A stretch of DNA of 64,000 nt from Raillietiella orientalis (Eukaryota): NCBI GenBank assembly GCA_036172245.1, contig JAYWIR010000023.1, forward strand, positions 186,001 through 250,000, written 5' to 3'. This document shows positions 49,671-64,000 of this stretch, in pieces; within the stretch, counting starts at the first letter, position 1, and each line of letters begins with the position of its first letter. The position numbers and the translations under genes are program-made. The notes beneath the pieces are model-generated. The model was not told the DNA's origin. It searched no databases and saw only the letters and a list, made by a program, of their open reading frames with translations.

Positions 49671-51936
49671 CCACCCCTTGTGGGACTTGGGAAAAATAGT
49701 CAACCAGCTTTCACTGCCCCTCGAAATAATGCACGATAGGAACTCCATGGAGAGCACCTACCCCCTTCGGGGAGTTCCAAGCAGGTCTTCTCTGTTGCTC
49801 TAGATCGTGCTCTCTGAAATGAATGTCCCCTCCATTGCCTGCTCTTCGTCAGGGCGTAAGGGACCTCAGCTGCTGAGGAACGGAGGAAGGCTGCAGAAGA
49901 GTACGTCCAGACAAGCCATTTCGCCTGTCTTCATGACATCCGCTCTAGAGCGCCCCTTGCAGGAGTGTCTGCAGCAAAGGGCGGTCTCTTTGAAGTCTTC
50001 CGGAAAAGCGAATCCCACTGGCCGAAAAACAGATCAGCTGAACACATTGCCCTCTCGGGAACAGTCCCCGAGTGTCCGAATAGGGAGAACCACCAATGCG
50101 CAGATGCGACTCGAAGACCACCTCGGGGTGGTCTTAAAAGGAGTGACTCCGGAGAAACAGAGGAGCATTTCTCAGGACCGAAAGAGGGCACGGCTTTCGT
50201 GGCCAAATACCTTCAAGATCGTCCACCATGACCTATATTCTCATCCTTGAGAAGTGCCAAGACGGTTTACTCGAGCTAGCGGAAAGAATCACGAGACGAC
50301 AGATCCGCCATGAAGGGCCGGACTCCCAGACTAACAGGAGCTTTCGGATAACAAAAACAGGAGCGAGTGGAAAGGAGAGAGCCTTTCCTTCCTTCCTGTC
50401 CATGTTCTTTCTGGAAAGGGCCCCTTCTGGAGAAGAGTTCGCCTCGCCCTTCCTTGGAGTCTTGCTCCAACTGCCGACCCAGCAGCTGCGAAGCAGCACC
50501 GGAAGATCGGGGAGCATCCGACTATGGCCTCCAGCCGTCCCGATAAAGTGGATGTGAAACATGGCAAGGCATGGACGCACCCCGTTATCGCACCTCGCGT
50601 GATCTAGCGGGACACCGCAGTGTCCCCTCCTCTCACCATCTCAGGGGATGAACCAGCAGCGCCAAACAGCTGCCGAGAGCACTAGCGCTTGAAGCAGCCC
50701 GATGAGGCAGACGAGTAACGCAGCCTACGACGAGAGATCGGAAATCGAGCAGTTGAAAATATGGTCGGAAGGATGCCGCCACAACCGCCAAATTCACGCT
50801 TTTTGAAGGCATACTCCACTTCTCCAGCGTCAGCACCATCTCCGAGATCCGGTGATTCCGAGAGGCTACACTCAAGACCGCTGTCCTGTTGACCAGACCT
50901 CGTTGAGGATAGGGAAGCTATCGATGGGATGTGCCAACGAGACATGCACATGACAAAGGCACTGCAGGCAGTGCGCAGGAAGTGAGCTATGCTACAAGAA
51001 ACACCAAGGACATAACCGGATTTGCGTCGTACGCCGAGCGAATCCTTCTGTTCGTTCTCGGCTATCCCGGACAAGATCCTAATGGATAAGTTTCCGAGAA
51101 CAAAGACAAAGTTTCCCGCCGAAAACTGAGAGCTTACAAGGAGAGCCTATGCTTCTCAGGGATGAGTCTACTGAGGAAAGCTACCTGAGACCAAGAACCA
51201 CAGGCACGTCCCGGCGTTACCAGGTGATAATGGCAGGTCGCTCATGGTTGCCTATCCTCGCTCACCGAGAAACACCACGCATCCCTAGCAGTAATGGTAG
51301 TTTAACGAATATGAATGAACAATCGAGCGAAACGGGCACTTTCCAAAGGTGGCTCTCGCGCACCTTGGAAGGCATTTAAAGCAGCACTTGTGTGTGGGGG
51401 GGAGGTCACATGGGCAATCGGCATCCTGAGAAAATGAGATAGTGATCTCAACACTCTCCTATCTTCTCGAGGAACGGACAGACAAAGCTGTAAAGTAAAG
51501 TTCAGAGAGAAGTACCAGGAATACGCAAACCAGCAGGCAATTTATTTCCAACCTATAAAAGATGATTTACACGAAATAACTCCGCATATTTCTTGCCAGC
51601 AGAGATCGGAGCAGCTGTAGAGCAAGTCAAAAGTTTGCACTCAGGGACGAAATAACCAGATGCACAAAAACTATTGCCCCAAGTGGAACCCAACAAATCA
51701 GATATGCCAATGCTAGGTTTGTAAGTGCAATTTTGAAAACAACCATACGGGGATTCAAATCGATATAATAAAAACCATAAAAAACTAATGAGAAAACATA
51801 AAAACCTACTTTGGGCCTGCAAAAAATTACAATCCGTTTGTGAAAACCGCTGCAATTGTGCATTTCTAATGCAAATCTGCATTTGGAACCAAAATTCTGG
51901 CTAGCTACCAGTAAATTAAAGTAAAAAAGAGCAGCA

Positions 51937-53312
51937 TTAACTGTCATATTTTTTCCTTTTGTTTTCTACAAAATACACATCGACGCATTCGTCCTGCTCC
52001 ATGAATAAGCTACTTGGGGTATCCTCTGGTGATAACTCCTCTCCATCAAAATGGAAACGCAACTGATCCATTGGAACATGTTGATGTTCCGCATAAAGTG
52101 CAAACAAGATATGGAATGGATCATCCCTTTTGATATGCATCGTTACAGTGTCCTTTCTTTTGCTTGTCTGCATCTGCAGCCTGATCATGTTGGTATCATG
52201 GATCTCATCGTGCAATGATGAAGCACTGCAGACATTCCCTGATGACTGAGCAACATATGCTTCTACAAAAGCTGTGTAGCTCCTGTAGATAGATAGAGGT
52301 CTCACCAATAACATCTGTAACAGACAGCTGGAGGTGATAGGGAGTATCTCTGGGATACAAGCATCTATCTCTCACACTCAGGTTTATGTGAGATGGATCC
52401 ACCTGCATCAATTCAGCAAGATGCTGCTGCAGCACAGCCATGCCTTGAAACTGTTAATATGATATAATGATTACAGTGAGTAACTACTCTTACTTGTTTC
52501 ATGGGAAACCTGATGATTTTTCCCTGAAACTTGACTTTCAGCAAAATCATCTTATTATTTACTGGACTCTGCGCAGGATCACTGTCATCCTGAAACACAA
52601 CTGTAATCTCTCAATGAAACAGAAAACGTAAACTAAACACACAAGCACTTGCTCCTCTTGCATGTATTCTATGGCCTTCTTCTGCAGCTGCAAACTTCTC
52701 AAAATAGAGCTGACTTCTTCATTGAACGTCACTGTATTCGTACTTTTTTTGTTCTCAAAATCAACTGCTGGCATGTCATCATCACTAATAACAATATGAT
52801 TTAGAAAAAGTACATGATCTTGGGCTTTAAATACGTGCTCATGATCATGATTACACCCAGTATTTAACAGTTTCATTATTCATAGTATAGTCAGATGACT
52901 AAATGACCACAATTTCAAGACCAGTATTTATTGCACAATCAAAAGGAGCAAAATTACACTAAAATATAAAATGAAAATTGGTATGAAAAAACGGCCATCA
53001 AATGTGTCAGCACATTCATCTATATAAAATCTCAGATGCTTAAGACACTATGGATCTATAACTTGGGCAAAAATGCAACAAAAGGTCTATAACCTAGATT
53101 TTTAATATAAACATCAACATGAAAATCCCCATGGATTTTGAAATTTCAACGTACAATAAAATCTAAAACTTACTTTTCGGAATCACTGCTCAATGAGATC
53201 ACACAAATGTCACTCTTGGCCTTTGTTTTCGCATTTTTTTCTTTGTTGCAGATTTGAGTTTCATGTGCATCCTTGGGTTGGCTATTAGCAATTTCATCAT
53301 AGCATGGGATGT
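51937..53312 (-). CDS. Rad60/Esc2/NIP45 (NFATC2IP)-like protein with two SUMO-like domains, 3' exons
   Basis: Phase-compatible exons ~53312-53174, 52784-52649, 52589-52494, 52450-52306 and 52262-51937. SLD1 ends ...PRDTPYHLQLSVTDVIE; SLD2 has LRFHFDGEELSPEDTPSSLFMEQDECVDV. SIM-like VISLSSDSE upstream. 5' exons not resolved. Minus-strand AATAAA at 51541-51546. Confidence 0.82.
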
Positions 53313-56300
53313 CTGCAGCTTTGTTTGTTTCAAACATGAAGAAAAAATAGTTCAACATACGAGCTTTTATATTTCCTATACGGAATTCTCAGAATAAAGA
53401 ATGTTTAACACGAAAAATATTAAATATTATATACAACATTTCTCGGATAACAAATAACTGAAATTAATTTCGGGCAGGAAATAACATTTTGGACTATTAC
53501 AAGCATATTTCATGGCTGCAGCTGTTTCAAATTGATTCAGTGGAATCTGATTTATCTTTGCTAATTTTCTGAATTCACACTCCCTCTTGTAAGCATAACT
53601 GAATATAAATGTTTAGTATTTCAATAATATTTTAAAATGACAAACACAAGACACATCTATACAAACAGCAGTGCCTTCTTTGTAAATGAGGAATTTCTAG
53701 AATCCTATTCATACTATTTCTTTTACTATTTCAAATTCTAATCATGAGTTGGCATGACTTATCATTGCTGTAAGAGTTCTATTTTTATCTCAATTACTAA
53801 ACATTTTCTACTCTTGATCATGAATATTCAAAAGCATCAAGAGGCATAAGACCTATGTGAACATTTTTTTTCCCTTTATATACATAAGAAAATCTATACA
53901 CCAAATCATAGTGAGCTTTAAAATCAGACATATACACATGTCTTCATCAAAACTGTCACCTGAATTCTTAAGATCAAGGCAATCTCAGTAACTGACTAGT
54001 TAATGAACTTCATTCTGTATATTACAAATAATTCTATTTCCATTCTAGATCTAAAAATTAGTCCTCACACTTATTTGCTACATCTGGACCGAACAAATTC
54101 TGTTTGTGAATATTTAAATACTCCTGTTGCAAGAGAATAGTGTTCAGTGTGTTCACAAAAATGAGATTTCTAATAAATTTCTAAAATGAATACCATAGTT
54201 TTTAGAAAATTTATTGTATCTACAAAGTTTCGCATTATTCTTGATTAATTGGAATGCAATACCTATGGTAGTCCATAAAACTCATGCCCTATGACAACTT
54301 TACTTCCAGAACACTTGAAAAAAAGTTCACATTCAATTTCATAAAATTTCAATTTCGTTCATTATTATGTTTACTCATTGTATACTCATTTACAATACAA
54401 TACCCCCTTAATTGGTAAGCTTCAAAGAGAACACAGGTGCTTTATTCTTGATGTTGTTGCAGGATATAATCCATTATTAGATTTTTAAATAAAAAAAATA
54501 ATAAATGTCTGTCTGTCACTTTTTAAAGCCTAGCTTGCAATCTTTTGCAAAAGAATGCTCAAACACAAACATACTTAAGTTAACCCTGCTGTTGAGTATT
54601 ATGACTTACAATTAAGCTTTCAAAAAAACAAGCAAGAAAAGCAATAAAGTGGCTGTCGAATTTGCTATAGTGAGAAATGCAAATATAGAATCAGAATACA
54701 TAAAAGTGCCCATTCCACAAAATCAATGACACAACTTAAAGCACTTCTGACATTTGTCAGCACTAACAATACCAATCAACAGGCAAACAGACAAACATTT
54801 CTGCCCTATTGCACATACAGTATATAAACAGCGAAATTCTGACACAAAGTTGACAATTTGTAAATCTTGTACCAGAATTTTAATGTTACAAAGTTGATAA
54901 TTTGTATTATTTCCTAAATTAATATGATCACATGGAAATTATCTTACCCATTACTATGATGACAATGGACTACCATAGGTATTGTATTCCAATTATCTTA
55001 CCAAATTAATCACGCATACATTATACGTAACTTTCGAATATTCCAAACATTCCAAACGATATTATTATGGTTGTCATATTTAGTCACTAACAAATACTAT
55101 GGGGTTTGCCAGGATAGAAAACTATGGATGAACTAAAAATCTTACATCGATTAAAAAACGATAGAAATATAAAGTTGTCATTTCTAAGCACCTGATCTCT
55201 GGAAATCTCAATTTGGCAATGCACATTACAGGAATTCTCATCAATACAATTAATGCTCACAATGTGCCATTTTTTTCAAATCTTGCAATCATCCTTTTTT
55301 GGTACTGGAAGTTTTATTGCCAAAAGTTTATAAAAGTGTACCTGGGAGCTCGATGCTAATACATGTACTATCCAAAGAAACATTAGAAGAAAAAATAGAA
55401 AAATCCAATTAAAAAACCTTCCCTTACATAAAAATTTACAGAACATGGTAATCCCTTGTTGGGAAGAATTTACAGAAATTAATTCACATGCATAATTGGT
55501 TTGTAAGCTTCACTGATAACTTTAAAGATGTAACTGAGTTTTAAGGAACTGTAGATTTACTGTAATCCTATCATAAACATTAGGTAAAATCATGGTCTTT
55601 GTTGTTAAAACGAGGTAAAATGGGCCAATAAAAAATAAATTTCTCTTTGAATCTCTTTGGAAGGGTGGACAAGCTTCGCTTTAAAATTTGACAGCGTTTG
55701 CTTTGGCTTAAATCTTTGAATCAAAGGATACACTAAAAATATAAATATCACAAAAATAAGGAATATGTATTCTTTCAAAACCAAAGATACAAACAACAAA
55801 GTCCGAACTATAAACAGCAAGATTACTTTGAAGTAACTGCAATTAGACCTAAAGCACTTCGCTTTCAAAGTTTAAATTTTCTCATTTCAGATTTATCAAG
55901 AAAGCTATTCCTGATGGCAAAACAAATCAGTACTGGCAGAATGTATGCACGATAAACAGGAAAAAGAAAATACAATTAATGATCTCATCGAATTCAGAAA
56001 ATGAAATTCTCTGAAAGGCTTCATCTTTTACCAGTCATGGCCAGATTTCCGATTCCATAAATATTCTTCTCCGTGGAAAATGCATTTAATTTACAAATAT
56101 TCAATTCCTTATGAAGTTCAAACTCCTTTCCAATGCGCTTTAAAAGGCCACGTCTTGTCTTTAATTTACATCCAACTAGATCATCTTTGTTATCTGGTAA
56201 CACAATTGTATGGCTCATATTTTAAACCGGGTGTAACGTTCATTTTAAAATGCGTACACTCCAGCACTGTTGTTGCATGATGTTCTATCATAGAACTTCG

Positions 56301-59300
56301 AGGCATCTTGAACTGCACGGTTGCCAAGATTGCTTAAAACTAATGTGAGTTTTCTCTGGAAAACAATTTCTGCAATGAGAAATTGTTTTCTAGATATGCA
56401 AGCAGGAAGAAGTGAATATTTAGGAAGAACGTTTATAAATGAATATTTATAACACCTTTTAAAGTATGTTTGCATAAAAATATAAGTGCTTCAGCTCTAG
56501 CTTAATTTTGAATTACTGTAATAGAATTCCCTATTTCTAAATTACTTAGTTTCATTGTTTTTCAACAAAAAACTATAAAAATTAATGATTTTGAAAAGTC
56601 ATATGCACCGTCTAGTAGTACCAACTATTGATTTTTTTTGTACTTTCAATAGGTCGATCTGCTTGCCCATTTCCTGTATCAGTACTGTTGATTGCACACT
56701 AATGTTATTATATTGCTTGTGCATTTCAGCGCTGTTATCTACACCCTGTGATACCGATTTTCGATAAAGTACACAGAACGATTCAGCCTGCATCAAATGA
56801 CACAACGTCGAAGGCATTTTAATTTTGTGGGTTTCATGCTAATTCTGATTTCACAAATGCTTTTCACAACGCAGAAGATTTTGGTTTCATTCATTCTTTT
56901 CAAGCTAAAATTACTAAGATTAGCTATACGAATTCGATACTGCAAAAAATATATATATATATGCAAACACACAGCAGTATTTCCTATTTGAAAGTCAAAT
57001 ATGTGTATGGAACATTTCTATAAGCATGTACAAAGATTATCAATAGCTGTTTTGGAAATCGCTAGCGCTAATTGATGTAGATGCACGTAAAGGAAGCACT
57101 AAAAGTTTCACAAATCCTGAAAAATCGTGCGGTGCGTGTCGACGGGAATACAAGAAAAACAAAATGTATTCTTATGTTTGCCTACAAGCACATCTAAGAT
57201 TTTACTAACCTTATGTAAACCGGTCGTAAATGAAATGCAGGGGCACCGCACTCGAGTTTCTAAAACCAAATGCAAAAAAGTCTGTCTTTGAACACATCAC
57301 AGTATGAACAAGAACGAACAGTATCAATAATTTTCAACATATCTGATGAAAATTATTGATTTTAAAAATATGTCTGTCCATTTTGTTAGCATAAATAATC
57401 ACAATGCTGCTTAAATGTTACTTGAGATTTTTATGCATAAGGGAAATAAAGAGAAATTTTAGAGCTGAAGGTTAGAACGAAATTTTTTTGTTTTTATAAC
57501 ATATGGTCAAAATCAATTACTTCGTAGTTCTGTGTAATTTTTACTTTACATTTAAGTATTTTGATCTTTGGTCTTTAAAGTTTACGATATTTATTATGAA
57601 TCAATGTCAACCGACGATTATAGCAAAAGCATTTCTTTTCTATTGAAACTGAATGTAAAAGATGGCGATAAATGATAACTAATCAATAGGTTGATAAAAT
57701 GCATTATAAAAAGGAAATCAATTAAGCGTTTTGAGGTGCAAAAAACTTATCTTCCTTTCCACTAAACTGAGGCTGTTGCTCTTTAGTAAACAAATGTGTT
57801 TTCCGTAAAAGTAGAAAAACAGGCAAGTAAATTCGGAAATCAAGTTTGTAACCATTTCTTCCTACTGCCAAAGAAAAAGAACCTCGAACAGCATTTGCGA
57901 TGGAGACCTACTTATTCTACAAGCATTCATTATGAGATGTCACCTAATCTCTTGTAAGATGATCGAATCTTAGCTTTGGTACAATTATTTCTTCGTCACA
58001 TACATCTGCAACTGTTTCGGAGGGTTTTTGTTTTTTTTTTTTGTTTGCTGTTTGCGAAATCGGGCAATCCGTTTGGCAGAAATCTACTCTTGACTTTTCT
58101 GAGTACTCTCCATCATTCCCTGAGAAAACCGATTCTTACATTTTTCGAAAATCACGCATTCCGTTCGTGTAGGGTGTTTATTTGCATACTCTGAAAACCG
58201 AATCTTTTCCTTTGGTGAAGAAAATCTTCTCGAAACCCGAGAATTCAACGCTGCTCTGAAACGCCTTCTACATTCCTGAACGCAAATACGAAATTTAGAA
58301 ACCACTCACATTTCGAGTGATGCAAAAGCGTCCCCTGTAATGACATTTGCAGCTATTCCCATGAGTGTGCAGAGCAATAAGCAAGCAGGAATCGGAAAAC
58401 GGTTTCCACCTTTTCCAAGCCATTTACTTTATGAAAGATGGCCATAAAAAAGCTTGCGCGGAATTTTTACCGTAGCACCCGGAAGGAATTTGTGAAAATC
58501 TGTCTCCGAATGGTGAAATGCAAACGGACGAAAGTGCACAATAGGAAAGTTCTCTCCCAGCAGCTACTGAATGAAGAAGAAATTCGTTCTCGCCTCTGAC
58601 CTGCAGGAAACAAAATAAGCAAAGAGAAATAGCTTCAAAGGATGCCTCAGGCCAATGAAGAATCTGAATCTGCCCAACGCTGTTGCAAACATTCATCAAG
58701 ACAATTCATTGAGGTAATGTACAGAGGTAACGTATTTACGCCATTTTCGACGAAGGCTATATTTACTTTTAATTATTGTGAGCGTATTTTACGTATCTCC
58801 GAGTCCGTTTGAAAGATGCAACAGCGAAATCCTTTGTAGCAAGTATTTAATTTCTACCCCATTTATAGAGCAGACATGAAGCAACGTTACGTAGAGAACC
58901 GGGGGAAAATAGGATTCTGAAATTTATTTTGCTATAGCAAGAGTTCAGCTCAGTTCGCATCTGTAATCATGAACAGGATGGAGAAAAGGGACAGCTCTGC
59001 AGATAATGACGGTGTACAAACCGGTGATGACAAGCAGCTGGAGTCCAGCGACTGCAAACCACCAGCAAACCACGAGGCTTTGCAGCTTGGGCACCATTTG
59101 ATCTTGTGACGCGTTGAGAAAGCTTCTTTGTGTACGTCCATTCACATAAAGGAGCCATTTTTTCGCACTGACATTCCTATTGCTGGCGATAGTTCCTTTT
59201 CATGCAGAACTAGTGAAAATCCACAGAACTACCTGCTCCAGGACCACTACATCAAGTCTACGCTTTGTGGACGCGGCGACGAAAGCGTTCGAAGTTCGAG

Positions 59301-61525
59301 GATAATTCCAAGATGTCCTTTGATACAAGGTTCAGCTATGGTGAAGCGATAGCTGCGCCTTCGGCTGCATCATCGGTTTGTTTACTTTCGAGCCCCATGT
59401 CTGTACCGGGAAAGCGATTCCGTTACTAGGGAAAGGTTTCACCTGTTTCCCCGCTGCTGCTGTCTTAATTTGTCCCGTCTCAGCCGGCCAAATGCCCGCC
59501 CTCTGCCATGCCCTCAGCCTCCTGTGGTTCGCAACCGCAACTTCCGACATCCAAGTCAATGCGCCCCGGTACGTCGGTCACTTGCAGAAAGTCAACGCCG
59601 ACCACAGCAGAGGTGCTCGAAACAGGAGCTGGACGTTCTGTCTGACGTTTCCTTTTCTGGTCGCGTACTCTTGGAAGAAGAAAATCCCCCTGTGGTCTCC
59701 TCCTCCACCTCAGAAAAACTCCGTTGGATATGCCTCACACCGTCTCCGAACAGACCGTCCTCACATTAGAGGTTTCCGTGCGTGTGTGCGTCTTCTTTAG
59801 AACTCCCGAATTGTTGTTGCTGTCGTTCTTCGTGGAAGCTCATGCGTCCCACATCCTCCCTGATACTGCTGGACCTTCCGTTCAACTCTGGAACAGAACC
59901 GGAGTGGTTACTCGTCCCTCATGAAATGCAGGGTACTTTCATTCCGGCCGCCCAGTCACTCATTATCCCCGGTTTTTCCCCAAGTTCGATCCTCCACCTG
60001 CCGCTCCCTAATCGCATAATTTTTCTCCAGAATCGATCAGCCTACTCATTACCGGAGGAATACCTGGAGCCTCTCCCTCTTGCGCTTCGCGCCCCTTCCT
60101 CAGACACTTGCAATATGAAAATGCGACCACTTTCACAGGCACCTGGACGGCCATTAGTGTTCTCTTGTCCGCAGATTACGTGACAAGCACTTTTGCCCAG
60201 GATTTTTGGAATCAATGGACCTGCCCCGCCACGTGACGATGGCCGGCGTCTCCGACCGCTTCCTTTGCTGGGCGGAACAACGATAGGCCCAGTCGATGAC
60301 CCCAAGCGTCTGTCTCGAGGACACTGGATCTGCCGGTTTCCGGGAAGCATCGACGACTCCCGATTGCCACACTTTTGTGCAAATGCCGAGTCCCCGGGCG
60401 CAGCAAACAATCCAGAGATGGTGCAAACGCGTGTTGATTGATACTCGGAGAAAGCCACGAGAAAGGACTCAAAAGAAAGCGAGCAAGAGGGACGGAGAGA
60501 GAGCATCAGTCGACAGGCATGGACTGAACTCTTGCCCAGAAATCGGGAATAAATCTACCTTGACCTGATTCCAATTAGCACTGTCCACTGTACAGCTGCA
60601 AGAAAAAGAGGACGACGAAGAAGAAAGTACGAGGAAGACGAAAAAAAAAGACGCAAACGGCGTGACTTTTCAGTTCATTTAAGCTGCAGGCGGTACGCGA
60701 AACTTCCGTTTTCCACCCCTGCGTGCCCTTTCCCGAACGAAACGAAACTTTTGTAAAAACCACGGGTTTTCATAGCTAACGGCAATGAGACGCGACTCCC
60801 TACATGGCACGGAACGTTGATTTTCCAGGAGGGCAGGTCGCTGCTGTTGCGACAGTTCTCCGAGAGGCATTTGTTTTTTTCCAAAGGTTTTTTTTTTTTT
60901 TTTTCCGCTCGCTAAAAGTCCAAATCAAAAAAACAAGAAGCAAGCGAGCCATCGTTTCTTACGCAATCGCGTCGCTTATACGCATCACCACCTCACGTGG
61001 AACAAAAGTGTCTCGGGGAATACTTTTAAGCCGAGGTGAATGGTCCATCGTGCGCGGGCAGCGCAGGGAGGCAACGCAGAAACAAGTTCACGATGCTGGT
61101 AACTTTGGAAACAGCAGTTTCACTCGATTGAACGGTGATTCGGGAACCTCTTCCGCCGTAATACATGACCACACTGTCTATTCCTCTAAGGCTCGATGGG
61201 GCCTCTCCCGGCGTGTTTCAACGGTTCCGTTCAGAGCGTTTTCATTACCATCGCGAAAGATGCAGTACGTAACCAACCATGACAACACATCAGAGCAACT
61301 GGAAGAAACATGAGGAAAGGCACACGAAAAATCCGATTGCTGCCGTTTTTGCTGATCGGATCGATGTCGTCCCCAGAAAAAGTGATCGCCGGGGGGGGAG
61401 GGGGGGTTTGAAACCAGAGATTGCCAAAACAGCAGCTTCAGATTCTGCAAGGATGGGAATATAAAGATGTTGGCGCTCATTCCGACTTCCATCCCGTCTT
61501 TCCGTGACGCACTTTGTGTTTACAA

Positions 61526-61545
61526 GTGTGTGTGTGTGTGTGTGT
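61526..61545. repeat. (GT)n microsatellite
   Basis: About 10 GT units. Confidence 0.9.
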
Positions 61546-62186
61546 TTTTTTTCTTTTTGTTCGGTTGCACGCAGCAGCTGTAGTAGAACCGCGGGCACGT
61601 TGCACAACGTGTGCTTGCGTCACTGCAAGGTGGGATGAAGAACGCGAAACCGCGCTGCAGAATCTGAAACCGCCATCCTGGCCTTCGGCGGCATTGCCCA
61701 ATGCCGGGGACCCCATTCCCTACGATCCTCTTCCGCCATTTCGCGCAAAACGTGCATCCGGAACCAGCGTGAACGGCACAAGATTCCAAAGCCGCCTGGA
61801 AGGGCACGGAGATTTTTTACGTGCAACGTATCTTCCCCGATCCAATTTGGAATGGTCCCATATCAGTGAGGACTGCTCCCAGATGGGTCCCGTAAAAATA
61901 GCCGTAAACGCCAGACGATTCCTCAACATGATGATGCCACAATGCTAATGGTGGCATCGTAGGTTGCCGAAGACCTCGCGGACGTTTTTATCGCGTCCAG
62001 CAGATCCAGAAAAAAGCCCGGAATCTCGGCGGGCTGAACGTGTGATCAGCCCCGTCATGTCTGAAACTGTCACATCGAATTTCGAACGTTTCCACGACAT
62101 GCGGGGCGCCATTATTTTTTATACTTATCGTTTCAAAACACACGTTTTAAGTTTTACATGCTTGGAATGGTCCTGCGTTATCGATT

Positions 62187-62272
62187 GTTCTAGAACCAGA
62201 TATCGCCGTGTGACGCAGAATTTTCGACGAATGAAATGGCCAGCTACAGTCACATGACGTTCCTCTATATAA
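62187..62272 (+). promoter_or_regulatory. Polyubiquitin promoter: heat-shock-element-like motifs, E/M-box, TATA
   Basis: gTTCtaGAAc (62187-62196), aGAAttTTCg (62217-62226), GTCACATGAC (62249-62258), TATATAA (62266-62272). Confidence 0.6.
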
Positions 62273-62551
62273 GGCAATGGCAGGGTCGGCGTCATTTGTT
62301 TGGTAAAATCTTCAAGTGGGACAGTGCGCTTGAAAATTTTAAAAAAAGGAATTGTAAACCTTGTAAGTTTCCATTTTGCAACTGCAAGCTTTTTGGTAAA
62401 GGTAGGTGTGAGTGTTTGTCGTGTGTTCGTTGTTTGCTTGTGAACTTAAAGAAGCAAGTTTCTTGATATTCGCGTGGTTACCGTTGTTGCCCTCATAAGC
62501 GATTTGTTTTGCATTTATTCGCAGCTGTATGCGTCAAACTGACTAATTTGA

Positions 62552-63502
<951 letters not shown>

Positions 63503-64000
63503 ATCGTTTTTCTGGCTATTGTTCAAAATAAAACTTACTAGAAATGTGTATATTGTTTGTACGGGAGAATGGATGAGTGTCACTAGTGGACTAAAGATTT
63601 CTAAATGGGTGGAGTTTGCAGCAAAGAGTAAAGGGATAACTTAGAAAAAGGTGCTGGTACTTACAGTATGGCACTAGATGGGCGTTGCAGCCATTTTTGC
63701 ACTTTCAAGAGCGCGTACACGGTGGTGGCAGCGTAAGCCAAAGACAGAAAGCGAGCACAAGTCCGAAACGTGTAAGGGCAGCGGTTGTTCCCTGGTGAAT
63801 GTGAAACCCCCCGGCGTAGCTCCCTTTCGGTGGCGCCCGTTCCCGTAGGCGAGGGACCGGTAGCAGCCGCGCACAATTAGTAAGCAATCAGGGTACGTTC
63901 GGGGACCTCGGTGCATATGAGGGGGTGTTGGGATGCTGCGTCTGGCTGTCAGAAGGGAACTGCGGCAACGGTCCGGTACGAAGGAAGTTGACATGAAACA

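Noticed and set aside
50900..51060. Cys/His cluster (HCRQCAG...HQGH...C) as another ORF1 knuckle
   Set aside because: Too degraded to support a call.

Overview
Eukaryotic (animal, probably ecdysozoan) genomic DNA in two compartments. The first, 1-~51.5 kb, is GC-rich. It holds one intact host gene (a dpr/zig-8-type two-Ig-domain protein, 4 coding exons found), a dense nest of decayed L1/Tx1-like non-LTR retrotransposons in both orientations, and a ~0.7-0.9 kb tRNA-headed SINE family. It also holds two independent endogenous CRESS-DNA (circular ssDNA) virus insertions. One (~37.93-39.61 kb) keeps ambisense Cap and Rep and a stem-loop origin with nonamer TGGTATTAC. The other (31.49-32.16 kb) is a helicase-half Rep fragment from a different virus. 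Both Reps carry a 48-nt GT-AG intron at the same position. The second fragment begins at that intron's 5' splice site and sits antisense inside a LINE. A 37-nt U2 snRNA 5' fragment sits antisense in another LINE. Together these suggest reverse-transcriptase capture of spliceosome-associated RNAs (inference). The second compartment, ~51.5-64 kb, is AT-richer and compact. It holds a Rad60/NIP45-like SUMO-like-domain gene with 43-nt introns and a 4-unit polyubiquitin gene whose four units all differ in protein sequence. Family assignments come from motif recognition by eye; no searches were run.
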